64,000 bases of DNA from an uncultured bacterium (GCA_964458305.1 CAYWIH010000001.1:24521-88520); one strand, 5' to 3'. Shown: positions 11,088 through 22,180, numbered from the stretch's first letter. Notes: generated from the letters alone by a model not told the origin. Translations and numbers: made by a program.

Positions 11088-11972
11088 TTATTTTTTTTGA
11101 GAAATAGTTTGAAAAAAGGGACGATCCTGAAGTTCGTTCGCAGCAGCCAAGGCTGTAAAGCTGAGATCGATCCGATCTAGATTATTTTGATAACTTCCCG
11201 ACCAAACTGCAAATAGCTTACGAGAATGCAGATTGATTTGCTCGAGATCGGGTTGGTAGCTCTGAGTTTGCCGCCAACTTATTGGTATCGAACTGATACC
11301 ATTATACGCCCCTGCAATTGCTCCAGTGAGTGCTCCCGTTATGCTAGATTGATAACCTAGAGATACGGCTCTTTTGAGACAAAGGGAAAAATCTTCTGGA
11401 ACGGTCGCAAAACAGTATATAGTCAGAGCGATCGCCCCTAATGTCGATTCTGTTTGTCGAGATATTTCGTCGATAAAAGTTTGTAAGCTACTATTTTGCT
11501 GTAGGTGTTTTTGTATTTTTAACAATAGTGTTTGACGCGAGTTAGTTATTTTCTTAGCAATTTTAGTAATAATTTTGTCTATTAATTCCCTTGGCGGGTC
11601 TTTTTGCTGGCAAGCTAAAGCTAGAGCGTAACCCCATATTAGAATATCTTCTCTGATTTGGGTACTGTATTGACCCATTTTACCCACCTCTTCGGTTAAT
11701 AGATCGAAGTCATCGTAACACAGTAATAGCTCAGACAAACTCATTATGGCTGCTTCGCCACTACCAAAATTACTATGCCAGTTAGGCTCTAGTTTGTAAT
11801 CTCGAGCCGATTTAGCTTCCTTCGAGACAATTTTGCTGTTATCGATTCCGATCTTAGTCCAATTTAAGAGATCGCGCTGTGTTCGGGATCGATCGCATAA
11901 AAAAATTAAATTTTCTCCAATATAAGAGCCGAAGGACGCTCCGGTAAAACGATTTAAAATAGAATTGTTCAA
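11088..11972 (-). CDS. ADP-ribosylglycohydrolase-fold protein (catalytic motifs degenerate)
   Basis: RFTGASFG..IG N-terminus; ITGALTGAIAGAYNG..SIP.SW C-terminus. Confidence 0.75.
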   Translation of the reverse strand: MNNSILNRFTGASFGSYIGENLIFLCDRSRTQRDLLNWTKIGIDNSKIVSKEAKSARDYKLEPNWHSNFGSGEAAIMSLSELLLCYDDFDLLTEEVGKMGQYSTQIREDILIWGYALALACQQKDPPRELIDKIITKIAKKITNSRQTLLLKIQKHLQQNSSLQTFIDEISRQTESTLGAIALTIYCFATVPEDFSLCLKRAVSLGYQSSITGALTGAIAGAYNGISSIPISWRQTQSYQPDLEQINLHSRKLFAVWSGSYQNNLDRIDLSFTALAAANELQDRPFFQTISQKK

Positions 11973-12024
11973 GATTGTCTAGAAAAAATACTTTAGTAAG
12001 TTCAATTTTGACGCGGATCGTCGT

Positions 12025-12729
12025 TCAATCTTGCGAACAACCGCGATTTTTTTGCCATTTTTCCCAGAGATCGCGACGGCGATCTCTAGTTCTTTCAATT
12101 TGTTTTGCTTCTCGCCACTTTTTAATTGCTTGATGATTCCCCGATCTCAATACTGGCGGTACTTCCCAATCTCTGAATTTTGCCGGTCTGGTATATTGAG
12201 GATAATCGAGCAATTCTGTTTCAAAACTTTCGGCTTTTAAAGATTCTACTTTACCCACGCATCCAGGTAACAATCTGATCGTACCGTTAATTAAAGCTAG
12301 AGCCGGAATTTCCCCGCAAGTTAGCACAAAATCCCCCAAAGATATCTCTCTGGTTACTAAATATCTTACTCTTTCGTCTACGCCTTCATAATGACCGCAG
12401 ATTATAATTAATTGTTGGTAATTAGTGGCTAGATCTTTGAGTACACTCTGATTGAGAGGTTCTCCTTGAGGACTCATGAGAATAATCTCTTTTTTAGGCA
12501 ATATTTCTAGAGATTCCACTGCAGCATAGATTGGCTCTGGTTTGAGCAACATCCCGACACCTCCACCATAAGGTTCGTCATCGACTCGATGATGTTTATC
12601 TTCAGTAAAATCTCTCGGGTTAATTAAATTTACTTTGGCAATTTCTTTACGAAGTGCCTTGGCGATCAGGCCGCTATTTAAGCTAGAAGTAAAAAAATCT
12701 GGAAATAAAGTGATAATATCAATTCGCAC
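12025..12729 (-). CDS. trmD: tRNA (guanine-N1)-methyltransferase
   Basis: VDDEPYGGGVGM, CGHYEGVDER, SLGDFVLTCGE, YPQYTRP. Confidence 0.97.
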   Translation of the reverse strand: MRIDIITLFPDFFTSSLNSGLIAKALRKEIAKVNLINPRDFTEDKHHRVDDEPYGGGVGMLLKPEPIYAAVESLEILPKKEIILMSPQGEPLNQSVLKDLATNYQQLIIICGHYEGVDERVRYLVTREISLGDFVLTCGEIPALALINGTIRLLPGCVGKVESLKAESFETELLDYPQYTRPAKFRDWEVPPVLRSGNHQAIKKWREAKQIERTRDRRRDLWEKWQKNRGCSQD

Positions 12730-12946
12730 CGACTTATTAGATTATTGGAGTATTAATAATTTAGTTTAATGATAATAGATCTTATATTATAACTTAATAT
12801 GATAAAGTTAATTATTTGAGCTAGTTAAGTAGCGCGAGAAAAGAGTCCCGCTAACTCTAATTTCGTTCCGATTGTAGGGACTAAATCGAATTAGTGCCTA
12901 ACTATTAAAAAACTTAAACGTTCTAGAATGTGCTGAAAAGCAAAAA

Positions 12947-13798
12947 ATGTTGCAATTAGAAAATACTTACTCCACAAGCCCCATGCATCAATCGACAAAG
13001 ACAGCAATTATAGTCATTGGTGGTGCTGAAGACAAAGTACACGGAAGGGAGATCCTGAGAACTTTTTTCAACCGCGCAGGTGGCAACGAAGCTATCATAG
13101 CAATAATTCCTTCAGCATCGAGAGAACCAACCCTAGTGGGAGAGAGATATCAACAGATATTTAACGAGATGGGTGCCAAACATATAAAAGTATTGGACAT
13201 CCGAGATCGCGCTCAAACTGAAGATACATATTTTCAAGAATACATCTGCGAATGTACGGGGGTATTTCTCACCGGTGGAGATCAACTGAGACTGTGTGGG
13301 TTGCTCGCAGACACGCCACTAATGGAAAAAATGCGCCAGAGGGTACAAAAAAAAGAAATAACCCTAGCAGGGACTAGTGCCGGAGCAGCAGTGATGGGTC
13401 ATCATATGATAGCCGGAGGAGGTAGTGGAGAATGGCCCAATCGTGCTTTAGTAGATATGGCGATGGGATTAGAAATAGTACCGGAGTTGATTGTAGATCA
13501 GCATTTTCACAACCGCAATCGCATGACTCGCTTGCTATCAGCAATTTCAGTTCATCCCGAAAGATTGGGAGTGGGTATTGATGAAGATACTTGCGCGATT
13601 TTTGAACTTGATGGTCTGCTGCAGGTTATGGGTAGAGGAACTGTTACTATCGTCGATGCTAGTAATATGTCTCACAGCAATCAAGTAACGGTCAATGCTA
13701 ACGAACCTTTATCGCTGCATAATTTGCGAGTTCATATTCTTTGTCACGGCGATCGCTACGATCTAAAGCAGCACCAACCAATCTCGGCACGAGCTTGA
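12947..13798 (+). CDS. cphB: Cyanophycinase
   Basis: IGGAEDK, GGDQLRL, GTSAGA, DQHFHNRNR; upstream of cphA. Confidence 0.97.
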   Translation: MLQLENTYSTSPMHQSTKTAIIVIGGAEDKVHGREILRTFFNRAGGNEAIIAIIPSASREPTLVGERYQQIFNEMGAKHIKVLDIRDRAQTEDTYFQEYICECTGVFLTGGDQLRLCGLLADTPLMEKMRQRVQKKEITLAGTSAGAAVMGHHMIAGGGSGEWPNRALVDMAMGLEIVPELIVDQHFHNRNRMTRLLSAISVHPERLGVGIDEDTCAIFELDGLLQVMGRGTVTIVDASNMSHSNQVTVNANEPLSLHNLRVHILCHGDRYDLKQHQPISARA

Positions 13799-14016
13799 GG
13801 AGAATCAAAGCATCGGTATTATGAAAAAAACAGAGGATTCGAGCAAATATTGATTTGAGAAGCCGTAAATTTATTTTAAGAGAAAAAGAAGCCCAAGAGA
13901 TTAACAACTTACCTCGCCGATCGATTTCTCTCGAGTTTGATTAAAAGTCAAACTAAATTCGTTTGCTTTTGCTAACTAAAAGTTCTGTTAAGGTCTGCTA
14001 GTTAAAATAAACAACC

Positions 14017-16656
14017 ATGAAAATTCTCAAAACCACCACCCTACGAGGCCCCAATTACTGGAGCATTCGACGACAAAAATTAATTGTCATGCGTCTGGAT
14101 CTAGAAAATCTCAAAGACGTAGCCTCGAACCAAATATCGGGATTCTACGAGGGATTGTTAGGAACTTTACCATCTATAAAAGAACATTATTGCTCGCCAG
14201 GTTATCGGGGCGGCTTTTTAGAACGAGTCGCACAAGGAACGATGATGGGACACATTGTAGAACACGTCGCCTTAGAATTACAAGAATTAGCCGGAATGTC
14301 GGTAGGATTTGGGAGAACAAGAGAAACAGCTACCAAAGGAATTTATAATGTAGTCTTCGAATATGTAGAAGAACAAGCAGGCCGCTATGCTGGTAGAGCG
14401 GCAGTAAGACTTTGTAATTCTATCGTCGAGAGCGGACATTATCCAGACCGAGAATTAGAGCAAGATCTAGAAGACCTCAAAGATCTCTACGCCAATGCAG
14501 CTCGCGGGCCTTCTACAGAAACCCTCGTCAAAGAAGCCGAAGCGCGAGAAATTCCCTGGATCGCTTTAAACGCTCGAGCCATGATTCAACTCGGTTACGG
14601 GAAATATCAAAAAAGAATTCAAGCAACATTAAGCCAGTACTCGGGAATTTTAGGTGTAGAGTTAGCCTGCGATAAAGAAGGGACGAAAAATATTCTCAGC
14701 GAAGCAGGAATACCAGTTCCTAGAGGTACGGTAATCGGTTATTTAGATGAATTAGAAGATGCGATCGAAGATGTTGGCGGCTATCCGATCGCGATCAAGC
14801 CTTTAGACGGCAATCACGGTAGGGGAATTACTCTTAATATTACATCCGCTGAAGAAGCTGAAAAAGCCTACGATCTCGCACAATCTGCCAGTAAAATTCA
14901 CTCGGTGATAGTAGAAAGATTTTATCGCGGCAGCGACCATCGAGTGCTGGTAATTAACGGAAAATTAGTAGCAGTAGCCAAGCGCGTCCCCGCTTGCGTC
15001 GAAGGAGATGGCAAATCAAATGTTATTCAACTAATCGAAAAAATAAATCAAGATCCCAATCGCGGCGAAGGACACGATAATATTCTCACCAAAATAAAAA
15101 TTGACGATGGTTCGATCGCTCTGTTAGCCAAGCAAGGTTTGACAATCGATACGGTTTTAAAAAAAGGTGAAATAGCTTATCTCAAAGCTACTGCTAATTT
15201 GAGTACGGGCGGGATCGCCATAGATTGCACCGATTCGATTCATCCAGATAATATTTGGCTGGCCGAAAGAGTCGCTAAAATTATTGGTTTGGATATAGCA
15301 GGAATTGATGTAGTTACCCCCGATATAACTAAACCCCTCAAAGAAGTAGACGGAGTAGTAGTAGAAGTAAACGCAGCTCCAGGTTTTAGAATGCACGTCG
15401 CCCCCAGTATCGGCAAGCCTCGCAACGTAGCCGCTCCAGTTTTAGAGATGTTGTTCCCGCCAGGAAAGCCAAGCCGCATCCCGATTATCGCTATTACTGG
15501 AACTAACGGCAAAACAACAACCACGCGCTTAATTACCCATATCTGGCGAGAAACTGGGGCAGTAGTAGGATATACTACCACCGACGGAATATATATTAAC
15601 GAACATTTAGTAGATCGAGGGGACAATACCGGCCCTGGTAGTGCTAAAGTAATTCTTAAAGATCCGACGGTAGAAGTAGCAGTTCTAGAAACTGCCAGAG
15701 GGGGAATATTGCGAGCTGGTTTGGCCTTCGATCGCAGCGATGTAGGAGTAGTTTTAAACGTAGCCGCAGATCATTTAGGCATTGGCGATATCGATACGAT
15801 CGAACAAATGGCCCGCTTAAAAGGGGTAGTAGCCGAAACTGTAAAACCCGACGGTTACGCCATACTCAATGCCGACGATCCCAGAGTGGCAGCGATGGCA
15901 GCAAAAATAAACAGTAAAGTAGCCTATTTTTCGATGAATCCCGAAAATCCCATTATTCGCGATCGCGCTGTTTTGGGAGGATTAGCTGCAATATACGAAA
16001 ATGGCTATCTTAGTTTGCTTGAAGGCGAAAAACTCAATCGCATCGAACTAGCAAGTGCTTTGCCAGTAACTATGGGGGGAATGGCTCCTTTTATGATCGC
16101 CAATTCCTTAGCGGCTATTTTGGCTGCTTATACCTCTGGGGTGGATATCGAGACAATTGCTAAAGCAATTAAAACTTTTGCCCCGGGTGCGAACCAAACC
16201 CCCGGTAGGATGAATTTATTTAATCTCGGTTCTTATCATGCTTTAGTAGATTACGCTCACAACCCCGACGGTTATCGAGCTGTAGGTAGTTTCGTGCAAA
16301 ACTGGAAAGGAGAAAGAATCGGAATAGTTGGAGGCCCTGGGGATCGTCGCGATGAAGATTTAATTCTGCTCGGAGAAATCGCCGCTCAAGTTTTCGATCG
16401 CATTATTGTTAAAGAAGATGACGACAAACGAGGTCGATCTCTGGGGGAAGCAGCAAATTTGATCGTTACCGGGATCGAACAAGAAAATCCTCAGATCGAT
16501 TATCAAACCATTCTCTGCGAAAGCACTGCGATCGAATCGGGTTTGGATCTGGCATCGGCTGGCGGTTTGGTGGTAGTTTTTCCTGAAAGCATTGGCAGAG
16601 CGATCGAATTAATTAGAAAACGTCAGTCTTTTGAGGGGAACGGTAAACCAGAATAA
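14017..16656 (+). CDS. cphA: Cyanophycin synthetase
   Basis: LRGPNYWSIRR, ATP-grasp KPLDGNHGRG, Mur-ligase GTNGKTT, DYAHN. Confidence 0.98.
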   Translation: MKILKTTTLRGPNYWSIRRQKLIVMRLDLENLKDVASNQISGFYEGLLGTLPSIKEHYCSPGYRGGFLERVAQGTMMGHIVEHVALELQELAGMSVGFGRTRETATKGIYNVVFEYVEEQAGRYAGRAAVRLCNSIVESGHYPDRELEQDLEDLKDLYANAARGPSTETLVKEAEAREIPWIALNARAMIQLGYGKYQKRIQATLSQYSGILGVELACDKEGTKNILSEAGIPVPRGTVIGYLDELEDAIEDVGGYPIAIKPLDGNHGRGITLNITSAEEAEKAYDLAQSASKIHSVIVERFYRGSDHRVLVINGKLVAVAKRVPACVEGDGKSNVIQLIEKINQDPNRGEGHDNILTKIKIDDGSIALLAKQGLTIDTVLKKGEIAYLKATANLSTGGIAIDCTDSIHPDNIWLAERVAKIIGLDIAGIDVVTPDITKPLKEVDGVVVEVNAAPGFRMHVAPSIGKPRNVAAPVLEMLFPPGKPSRIPIIAITGTNGKTTTTRLITHIWRETGAVVGYTTTDGIYINEHLVDRGDNTGPGSAKVILKDPTVEVAVLETARGGILRAGLAFDRSDVGVVLNVAADHLGIGDIDTIEQMARLKGVVAETVKPDGYAILNADDPRVAAMAAKINSKVAYFSMNPENPIIRDRAVLGGLAAIYENGYLSLLEGEKLNRIELASALPVTMGGMAPFMIANSLAAILAAYTSGVDIETIAKAIKTFAPGANQTPGRMNLFNLGSYHALVDYAHNPDGYRAVGSFVQNWKGERIGIVGGPGDRRDEDLILLGEIAAQVFDRIIVKEDDDKRGRSLGEAANLIVTGIEQENPQIDYQTILCESTAIESGLDLASAGGLVVVFPESIGRAIELIRKRQSFEGNGKPE

Positions 16657-16665
16657 AGATCTAAA

Positions 16666-16818
16666 ATGAATTTCAAAAAAGATCGGGTGTGGGGATATTT
16701 TTTAGCCTTGAGCGATCGCCAATTAATGCCGACAGCAATTAAAGTAAGTTCGATCGTAGGTATAGCAGTTGAAATAAAGGTTAGGACATGTTCGATTGGC
16801 AAAATGGTTAAATATTAA
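16666..16818 (+). pseudogene. Probable truncated NrtS-like small membrane transporter remnant
   Basis: 50-codon ORF; GYFLALSDRQLMPTAIKVSSIVG resembles the NrtS N-terminus, but the INHG and second TM segment are absent. Confidence 0.4.
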
Positions 16819-16933
16819 GGATAAGCTGCGCTCTGTTACCTCCTCCGCCGATTCTAATTATGATTTTTGACAAACTAATCTTAATTAATAAACGCTCCCG
16901 ATCTTCCCAATTCCTCCGATCTCGCTCTATTTA

Positions 16934-18340
16934 CTACTCGATCGTTCCTCTCCAGTTAATGGTTTGTCTTGCGGAACGTTCTCCCAAAGAGCGAGTAATC
17001 ACTAATTCGATTTCTACGGGAACTTGCGACCTTAAAAATCTCTCTTTTACTGGAAGTTTACCAAGATTGAGAACGAAACGATTGCGAGTGCGACTGACTA
17101 ATTCTGAGGGGATTTTACCTTCGTATCTAGTTCTGTAAGTCCGATTCCGATTAAAAGGATCGCCTTCTTTTGCGGTGCGATATTTAATTTCAAATTCAGT
17201 TTCAAGAAATTCGGACTTATTAGCGCGATCGACCACAACAAAATTAAGATCGGATTTATTGCCCGTAAAATCTGCCCTAGTTAATTTAGTAACTTCGCTC
17301 TTTCTCACCACAGCAGCCACAATATACTGAGTTTTAGCTTCTTTTTCCGAAAAACTGCCGCTAAGCCAGATATCTTCAGGAGAAACAACTTTAATCCTTT
17401 GGTTATTTTCTAAAGTAACGGTCAAATTTTCCTCACCCAAACCAGTAAGAGGTTGTTTTGCTTGCCAGACTAATTCAAAATTCCTTTCGAGACGTTCGAC
17501 AAATTCAAAATAGCGATCGTCGATCTCAGATCCGGGGGCTAATAAAGATCTCGCACCATCTCTTGTTTTCCAGACATTCAGAGAAAGGGGAACGATTTGA
17601 TTTTGCAATCGGGCCAAACTAACTTCAGCACTGGGGCGATCGTCTGCCAATGGTTTTTTACCCCTAATTATTCGCAAACTCCCCAAACCACCATCTCGCC
17701 CGTATTGACCATCTCGACCGTATTGTCCGTCCGTACCGCTAATACAAGAAAAAGTTTTAATGCTACAGTGATACCCCGGAAAGCCTGGAGTACCAGTACA
17801 AACATTCTGAGTCCAACTAAATTGAGAACATTGACAGCCACTGCCACCATAACCGCCAAATCCTGGTTCTCCTCCTCGACCTCCCAAAGCTAGGACGTAA
17901 ATTTTTTTAAGATCTTCTAGATCGGTATAATAAACCGTCAGATTGCCACCATCGCCACCATCGCCGCCATCGCCGCCATTGCCTCCATTACCGCCGCTAG
18001 CACCATAAATATTGCGATCGCCATGAAATGGTTGAGCCTGACAAATAGCATTATTGCCATGACCTCCATCTTGACCTCTGCCACCATCTTGACCCGACAA
18101 ATCCAATTCGATCTCTTTTCCCTCAGTAAAAATACTGCGATCGGGGCCCGATCGACCATTTCTACCTTTAGCACCATCGATACCTAAAGAGCCATTAGTA
18201 CCAAAATTGAGGGCTATTTGTTGGCACAAAGAGGATTTTGAGCTGGTAGAGGGAAAGGCTGCAGTAGAAAATAGTTTTGCTTCGATACCGACAAAAGCAA
18301 GAGAAATCGGCAAAATCCACCATGACTTCGGAGAAACCAT
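16934..18340 (-). CDS. Secreted collagen-like (Gly-X-Y repeat) protein
   Basis: Signal peptide, interrupted GxxGxxG tracts with Cys residues, globular C-terminal half. Confidence 0.85.
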   Translation of the reverse strand: MVSPKSWWILPISLAFVGIEAKLFSTAAFPSTSSKSSLCQQIALNFGTNGSLGIDGAKGRNGRSGPDRSIFTEGKEIELDLSGQDGGRGQDGGHGNNAICQAQPFHGDRNIYGASGGNGGNGGDGGDGGDGGNLTVYYTDLEDLKKIYVLALGGRGGEPGFGGYGGSGCQCSQFSWTQNVCTGTPGFPGYHCSIKTFSCISGTDGQYGRDGQYGRDGGLGSLRIIRGKKPLADDRPSAEVSLARLQNQIVPLSLNVWKTRDGARSLLAPGSEIDDRYFEFVERLERNFELVWQAKQPLTGLGEENLTVTLENNQRIKVVSPEDIWLSGSFSEKEAKTQYIVAAVVRKSEVTKLTRADFTGNKSDLNFVVVDRANKSEFLETEFEIKYRTAKEGDPFNRNRTYRTRYEGKIPSELVSRTRNRFVLNLGKLPVKERFLRSQVPVEIELVITRSLGERSARQTINWRGTIE

Positions 18341-18565
18341 TTTATTGTTAGGTTGATGTTTTATTATTCGATAATAACAAAGGCGATCGACAATACATCG
18401 ATCTAGAAAATTTTTGCGATCGATTTACCTGCTTATCTGGAACGAGGACGGTTTTTCTGACCTTGAGATAGAGGATATAAAATTTTTTATGAATTAAAGC
18501 TTACTTAGATGTACCCTACAGTCATAAACTTGACCAAAGAGATAATAGGCAGTCGTGAGGTTTTT

Positions 18566-19855
18566 ATGAAAAAAGTATTAGGAATCATTCTTGGGGGTGG
18601 AGCAGGTACTCGCCTGTATCCCTTAACTAAACTGAGAGCTAAACCAGCAGTACCCTTAGCTGGCAAATATCGGCTGATTGATATTCCCATCAGTAATTGC
18701 ATTAACTCGGACATTTTCAAAATTTATGTTTTAACTCAATTTAATTCTGCTTCCCTCAATCGCCACCTGAATCGAACTTACGTTTTTTCTGGCTTTGGTG
18801 AAGGTTTTGTCGAAGTATTAGCGGCTCAACAAACTAAGGACAATCCTGGTTGGTTTCAAGGTACTGCTGATGCGGTGCGCCAATATTTGGAACTTTTGCA
18901 AGATTGGGATGTGGATCAATATTTGATTCTCTCTGGAGATCACTTGTATCGGATGGATTACGGTAAATTCATCGAACATCACCGTCAAACAGGTGCGGAT
19001 ATTACTCTTTCTGTAGTTCCGATCGACGAAAAAAGAGCCTCTAGTTTTGGTTTGATGAAAATTGACGATACAGGTAGGATAATCGCTTTTAGCGAAAAGC
19101 CTAAAGGTGACGATCTCAAAAAAATGGAGGTAGATACTACTGTTTTGGGACTTTCTGCTGGGGAGGCTCAAAAAAATCCTTTCATAGCTTCGATGGGAAT
19201 TTATATCTTTAACAAGCAAGTTTTGATCGATTTACTAAAAAAAGATCTCGAGCAGACTGATTTTGGTAAAGAAATCATTCCAGGTTCTGCTGAAGATTAC
19301 AAACTTCAAGCATATTTGTATCAAGGTTATTGGGAAGATATCGGGACGATCGAGGCTTTTTATCACGCTAATTTGGCTCTAACTCAGCAGCCTAAGCCTC
19401 CTTTTAGCTTTTATGATGATAAAGCTCCAATCTACACCAGAGGCCGTTATTTACCCCCGACAAAAGTAGTTAATTGTACTATCAGCGAGTCGATGATCTC
19501 TGAAGGATGTATTCTCAAAGAATCTAAAATTCACCATTCTATTTTAGGTATTCGTACTCGGATCGGTAACAATTGCACGATCGAGGATACTATGATCATG
19601 GGTGCAGATTTGTACGAATCTCCAGAACAAAGACAAGCTCTTAGCGACAAAGGCAAAATTCCGATCGGTATTGGAGAAGGTACTACTATTCGTCGCGCGA
19701 TTGTCGATAAAAATGCTCGTATCGGTCGCAACGTTCTCATTTTAAATAAAGACCGCATCGAAGAGTCAAATCGCGAGGATGAGGGTTTCTATATTCGTAG
19801 CGGAATTGTAGTAGTTCTGAAAAATTCGAAGATTCCTGACAATACTGTGATCTAA
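18566..19855 (+). CDS. glgC: Glucose-1-phosphate adenylyltransferase
   Basis: [38 protein letters not shown]; start at MKKVLG. Confidence 0.98.
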   Translation: MKKVLGIILGGGAGTRLYPLTKLRAKPAVPLAGKYRLIDIPISNCINSDIFKIYVLTQFNSASLNRHLNRTYVFSGFGEGFVEVLAAQQTKDNPGWFQGTADAVRQYLELLQDWDVDQYLILSGDHLYRMDYGKFIEHHRQTGADITLSVVPIDEKRASSFGLMKIDDTGRIIAFSEKPKGDDLKKMEVDTTVLGLSAGEAQKNPFIASMGIYIFNKQVLIDLLKKDLEQTDFGKEIIPGSAEDYKLQAYLYQGYWEDIGTIEAFYHANLALTQQPKPPFSFYDDKAPIYTRGRYLPPTKVVNCTISESMISEGCILKESKIHHSILGIRTRIGNNCTIEDTMIMGADLYESPEQRQALSDKGKIPIGIGEGTTIRRAIVDKNARIGRNVLILNKDRIEESNREDEGFYIRSGIVVVLKNSKIPDNTVI

Positions 19856-19894
19856 ATTCTTAGATTTAAGTTTGGTGAAAATAATCTTGAATTG

Positions 19895-19921
19895 GAGGAC
19901 TTTTAACGTCCTCTTTTTTTT
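19895..19921 (+). terminator. Rho-independent terminator after glgC
   Basis: GAGGAC-loop-GTCCTC followed by a T tract. Confidence 0.75.
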
Positions 19922-20013
19922 GCCGAGTATTGCCTTATTCTTGCCTCTGTTTCTACTGCGATCTATTCTTTTAAACTTAACTCAGCTAGATTCGATTATC
20001 TGGAGAATTAGTT

Positions 20014-20301
20014 ATGAGTGTGGATTCGATCGTTATTACCACTGGATCGCAATTGTTATATTGGAATCCGATAAAAACTCGATTTATAAGTATAATAAAT
20101 GCTCAAGAAAAAGAGAACAGAGGGGATATTTATAGAAGATAACCATCAATAGAATCTAGTTTATTTGTTGCTTTAACTAGCGCGATCGCAGCTGAATGTA
20201 ATAATGGTTTTGTAATAGTTATGAGAAATGAGTTAGATCTAGAAATAGGCGTGTATAAACCAGAACAATTTAAACTTGCTAAATGGATAAAATTTTTATA
20301 A
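20014..20301 (+). pseudogene. Small gene interrupted by one in-frame TAA (20140-20142)
   Basis: GGAG RBS plus ATG; MSVDSIVIT...DIYRR* continues in the same frame as PSIESSLFVALTSAIAAECNNGFVIV...KFL*. Confidence 0.4.
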
Positions 20302-20601
20302 ATTAATGCCACAAATTGTCGCTCTAAGGGGCATTTTTAAACAAAAAAATTAATTTATCAAACTCTCAGATATTTAACATAAAATTTTTAAAAAGTCAAT
20401 ACCTATAGAGAGAAGTACGGAAATTGCGATCGCCGCGGAGAGTAAGAACCGAACTCGGGAGTCTTGACTGTTTTGTTACCTTTATCAATGGGGTAAATCT
20501 TCAAAAAAAATTAGAAATTTTTAATAGCTAAGTTTTAAGACCCAATATTTTTCTTACTTTCTCAGTTCAGGGAAGATCGACGTTTAAGGAGATTTCTGTT
20601 A

Positions 20602-21594
20602 ATGGCTTCAACGGAGTTTAAAGATTATTACTCTATTTTAGGGGTAAGTAAAACGGCTAGCGCAGATGAAATCAAAAAAGCTTTTCGCAAACTAGCTTTG
20701 AAGTATCACCCCGATCGCAATCCTAATAATAAAAACGCAGAGGCTCGTTTTAAAGAAATTAGCGAAGCTTACGAAGTGTTGGGAGATCCTGAAAAACGCA
20801 AAAAATACGATCGATTCGGTCAATATTGGCAAAAAGCTGGAGCGGCAGGTAGTCCTTATACTAGCACGACTAATACAGATTTTAGCGGTTTTGATTTCGG
20901 TCAATACGAAAACTTTGAGGAGTTCATTAACGAATTACTAGGTCGTTTTTCGACGACACAAGATCCCAGCAAGGGAACTTCTTATACTTACGGGGCACAA
21001 CCTGGCTATCAAAATTATAGTGGCTTTAGCGATGGATTTGCGGCTCAAACAGCAACAGTAGGCGATCGAGAAGTTAAAATTCGTTTGAGTTTTTCTGAAG
21101 CTTATCGAGGAGTACAAAAAATCCTCTATCTTGGAGATGAAAAAATTGACGTTCGCATTCCTGCTGGGGCAAAATCTGGCAGTAAATTGAGATTGCGGGG
21201 TAAAGGTCAGTATAACCCTTACAACCAGCAAAGAGGGGATCTTTATTTAAACGTAGAATTAGATTCTCATCCTAATTTTCAATTTGAGGGAGATAATCTA
21301 GTCATAGAAGTCCCCATAACCCCAGAAGAAGCAATTTTAGGTGCTTCGATCGAAGTTCCAACTCCCGATGGTATGGTAAGAATGAAAGTACCTGCTGGAA
21401 TTCGTGGGGGTCAATCTTTAAGATTGCGGGGTAAAGGCTGGCCGACACCCCAAGGCAAACGGGGGGATTTATTGGCAAAAATTGCGATCGCCATTCCAGA
21501 AAATATTAGCGCGATCGAACGGGAATATTATCAGAAAATTCACGCCAATCGCAGCTACAATCCCCGCAGCCATCTTCAACAAGTAAAATTATAA
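20602..21594 (+). CDS. DnaJ-class (class B, CbpA-like) chaperone
   Basis: J domain with HPD, G/F region, no Zn finger, DnaJ C-terminal domains. Confidence 0.93.
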   Translation: MASTEFKDYYSILGVSKTASADEIKKAFRKLALKYHPDRNPNNKNAEARFKEISEAYEVLGDPEKRKKYDRFGQYWQKAGAAGSPYTSTTNTDFSGFDFGQYENFEEFINELLGRFSTTQDPSKGTSYTYGAQPGYQNYSGFSDGFAAQTATVGDREVKIRLSFSEAYRGVQKILYLGDEKIDVRIPAGAKSGSKLRLRGKGQYNPYNQQRGDLYLNVELDSHPNFQFEGDNLVIEVPITPEEAILGASIEVPTPDGMVRMKVPAGIRGGQSLRLRGKGWPTPQGKRGDLLAKIAIAIPENISAIEREYYQKIHANRSYNPRSHLQQVKL

Positions 21595-21595
21595 A

Positions 21596-22147
21596 TTAAC
21601 TAGCTCCTTCGACCATCGATAGTAATTTTTCAGTATTAGCGTTGGGACAGAGAAAAGAAAATAAATGTTTGTATTTAAGTAAACCTTCTCGATCGAGTAC
21701 GAATTGTCCGGGGAGGGGCGCACCTAAAGCTTGACCGACTCGATAATTTTTAAATATTTCGCAACTAGGATCGCTCAATACTGGCATTTTTAAGCCGAGA
21801 TCTGCGATTACTTTTTCGGTTTGTTCGGGTTTAGTGCTGGTAATCAATAACAGTTCGATACCTTTACTTTTTAAAGCCTCGTAATTTTCGTTGAGTTCGA
21901 CAATGTGAGGTTTGCAAAGGGGACAATAGTGTTTTTGGGTGAAAATACGAGTAAAAGCCAAAATTACGGGTCGATCGCCGCGATAGTTAGCTAGTTCGAT
22001 CGTCTTGTTATTGGTGATGTCTGTTAACTGGAAATCGGGAGTAGTCTGGCCCGAACTTAGTTTGCTTTTAGCAGGAATTGGCAAAAAATTACGCCAAAAA
22101 CGCCCGTTGAAGATTAATAATCCGAGATCCTTGAAAAAATTCAGCAT
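21596..22147 (-). CDS. AhpC/TSA peroxiredoxin-like protein
   Basis: TPDFQL, CPLC, PGQFVLDREG thioredoxin-fold motifs; downstream of 2-Cys Prx. Confidence 0.85.
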   Translation of the reverse strand: MLNFFKDLGLLIFNGRFWRNFLPIPAKSKLSSGQTTPDFQLTDITNNKTIELANYRGDRPVILAFTRIFTQKHYCPLCKPHIVELNENYEALKSKGIELLLITSTKPEQTEKVIADLGLKMPVLSDPSCEIFKNYRVGQALGAPLPGQFVLDREGLLKYKHLFSFLCPNANTEKLLSMVEGAS

Positions 22148-22180
22148 AGCTCGATCGTCAATAACTTATAGATAAATCTT

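Noticed and set aside
19872..20312. 87-aa and 60-aa ORFs from the track
   Set aside because: One runs through the glgC terminator; both overlap the better-supported interrupted frame at 20014-20301.
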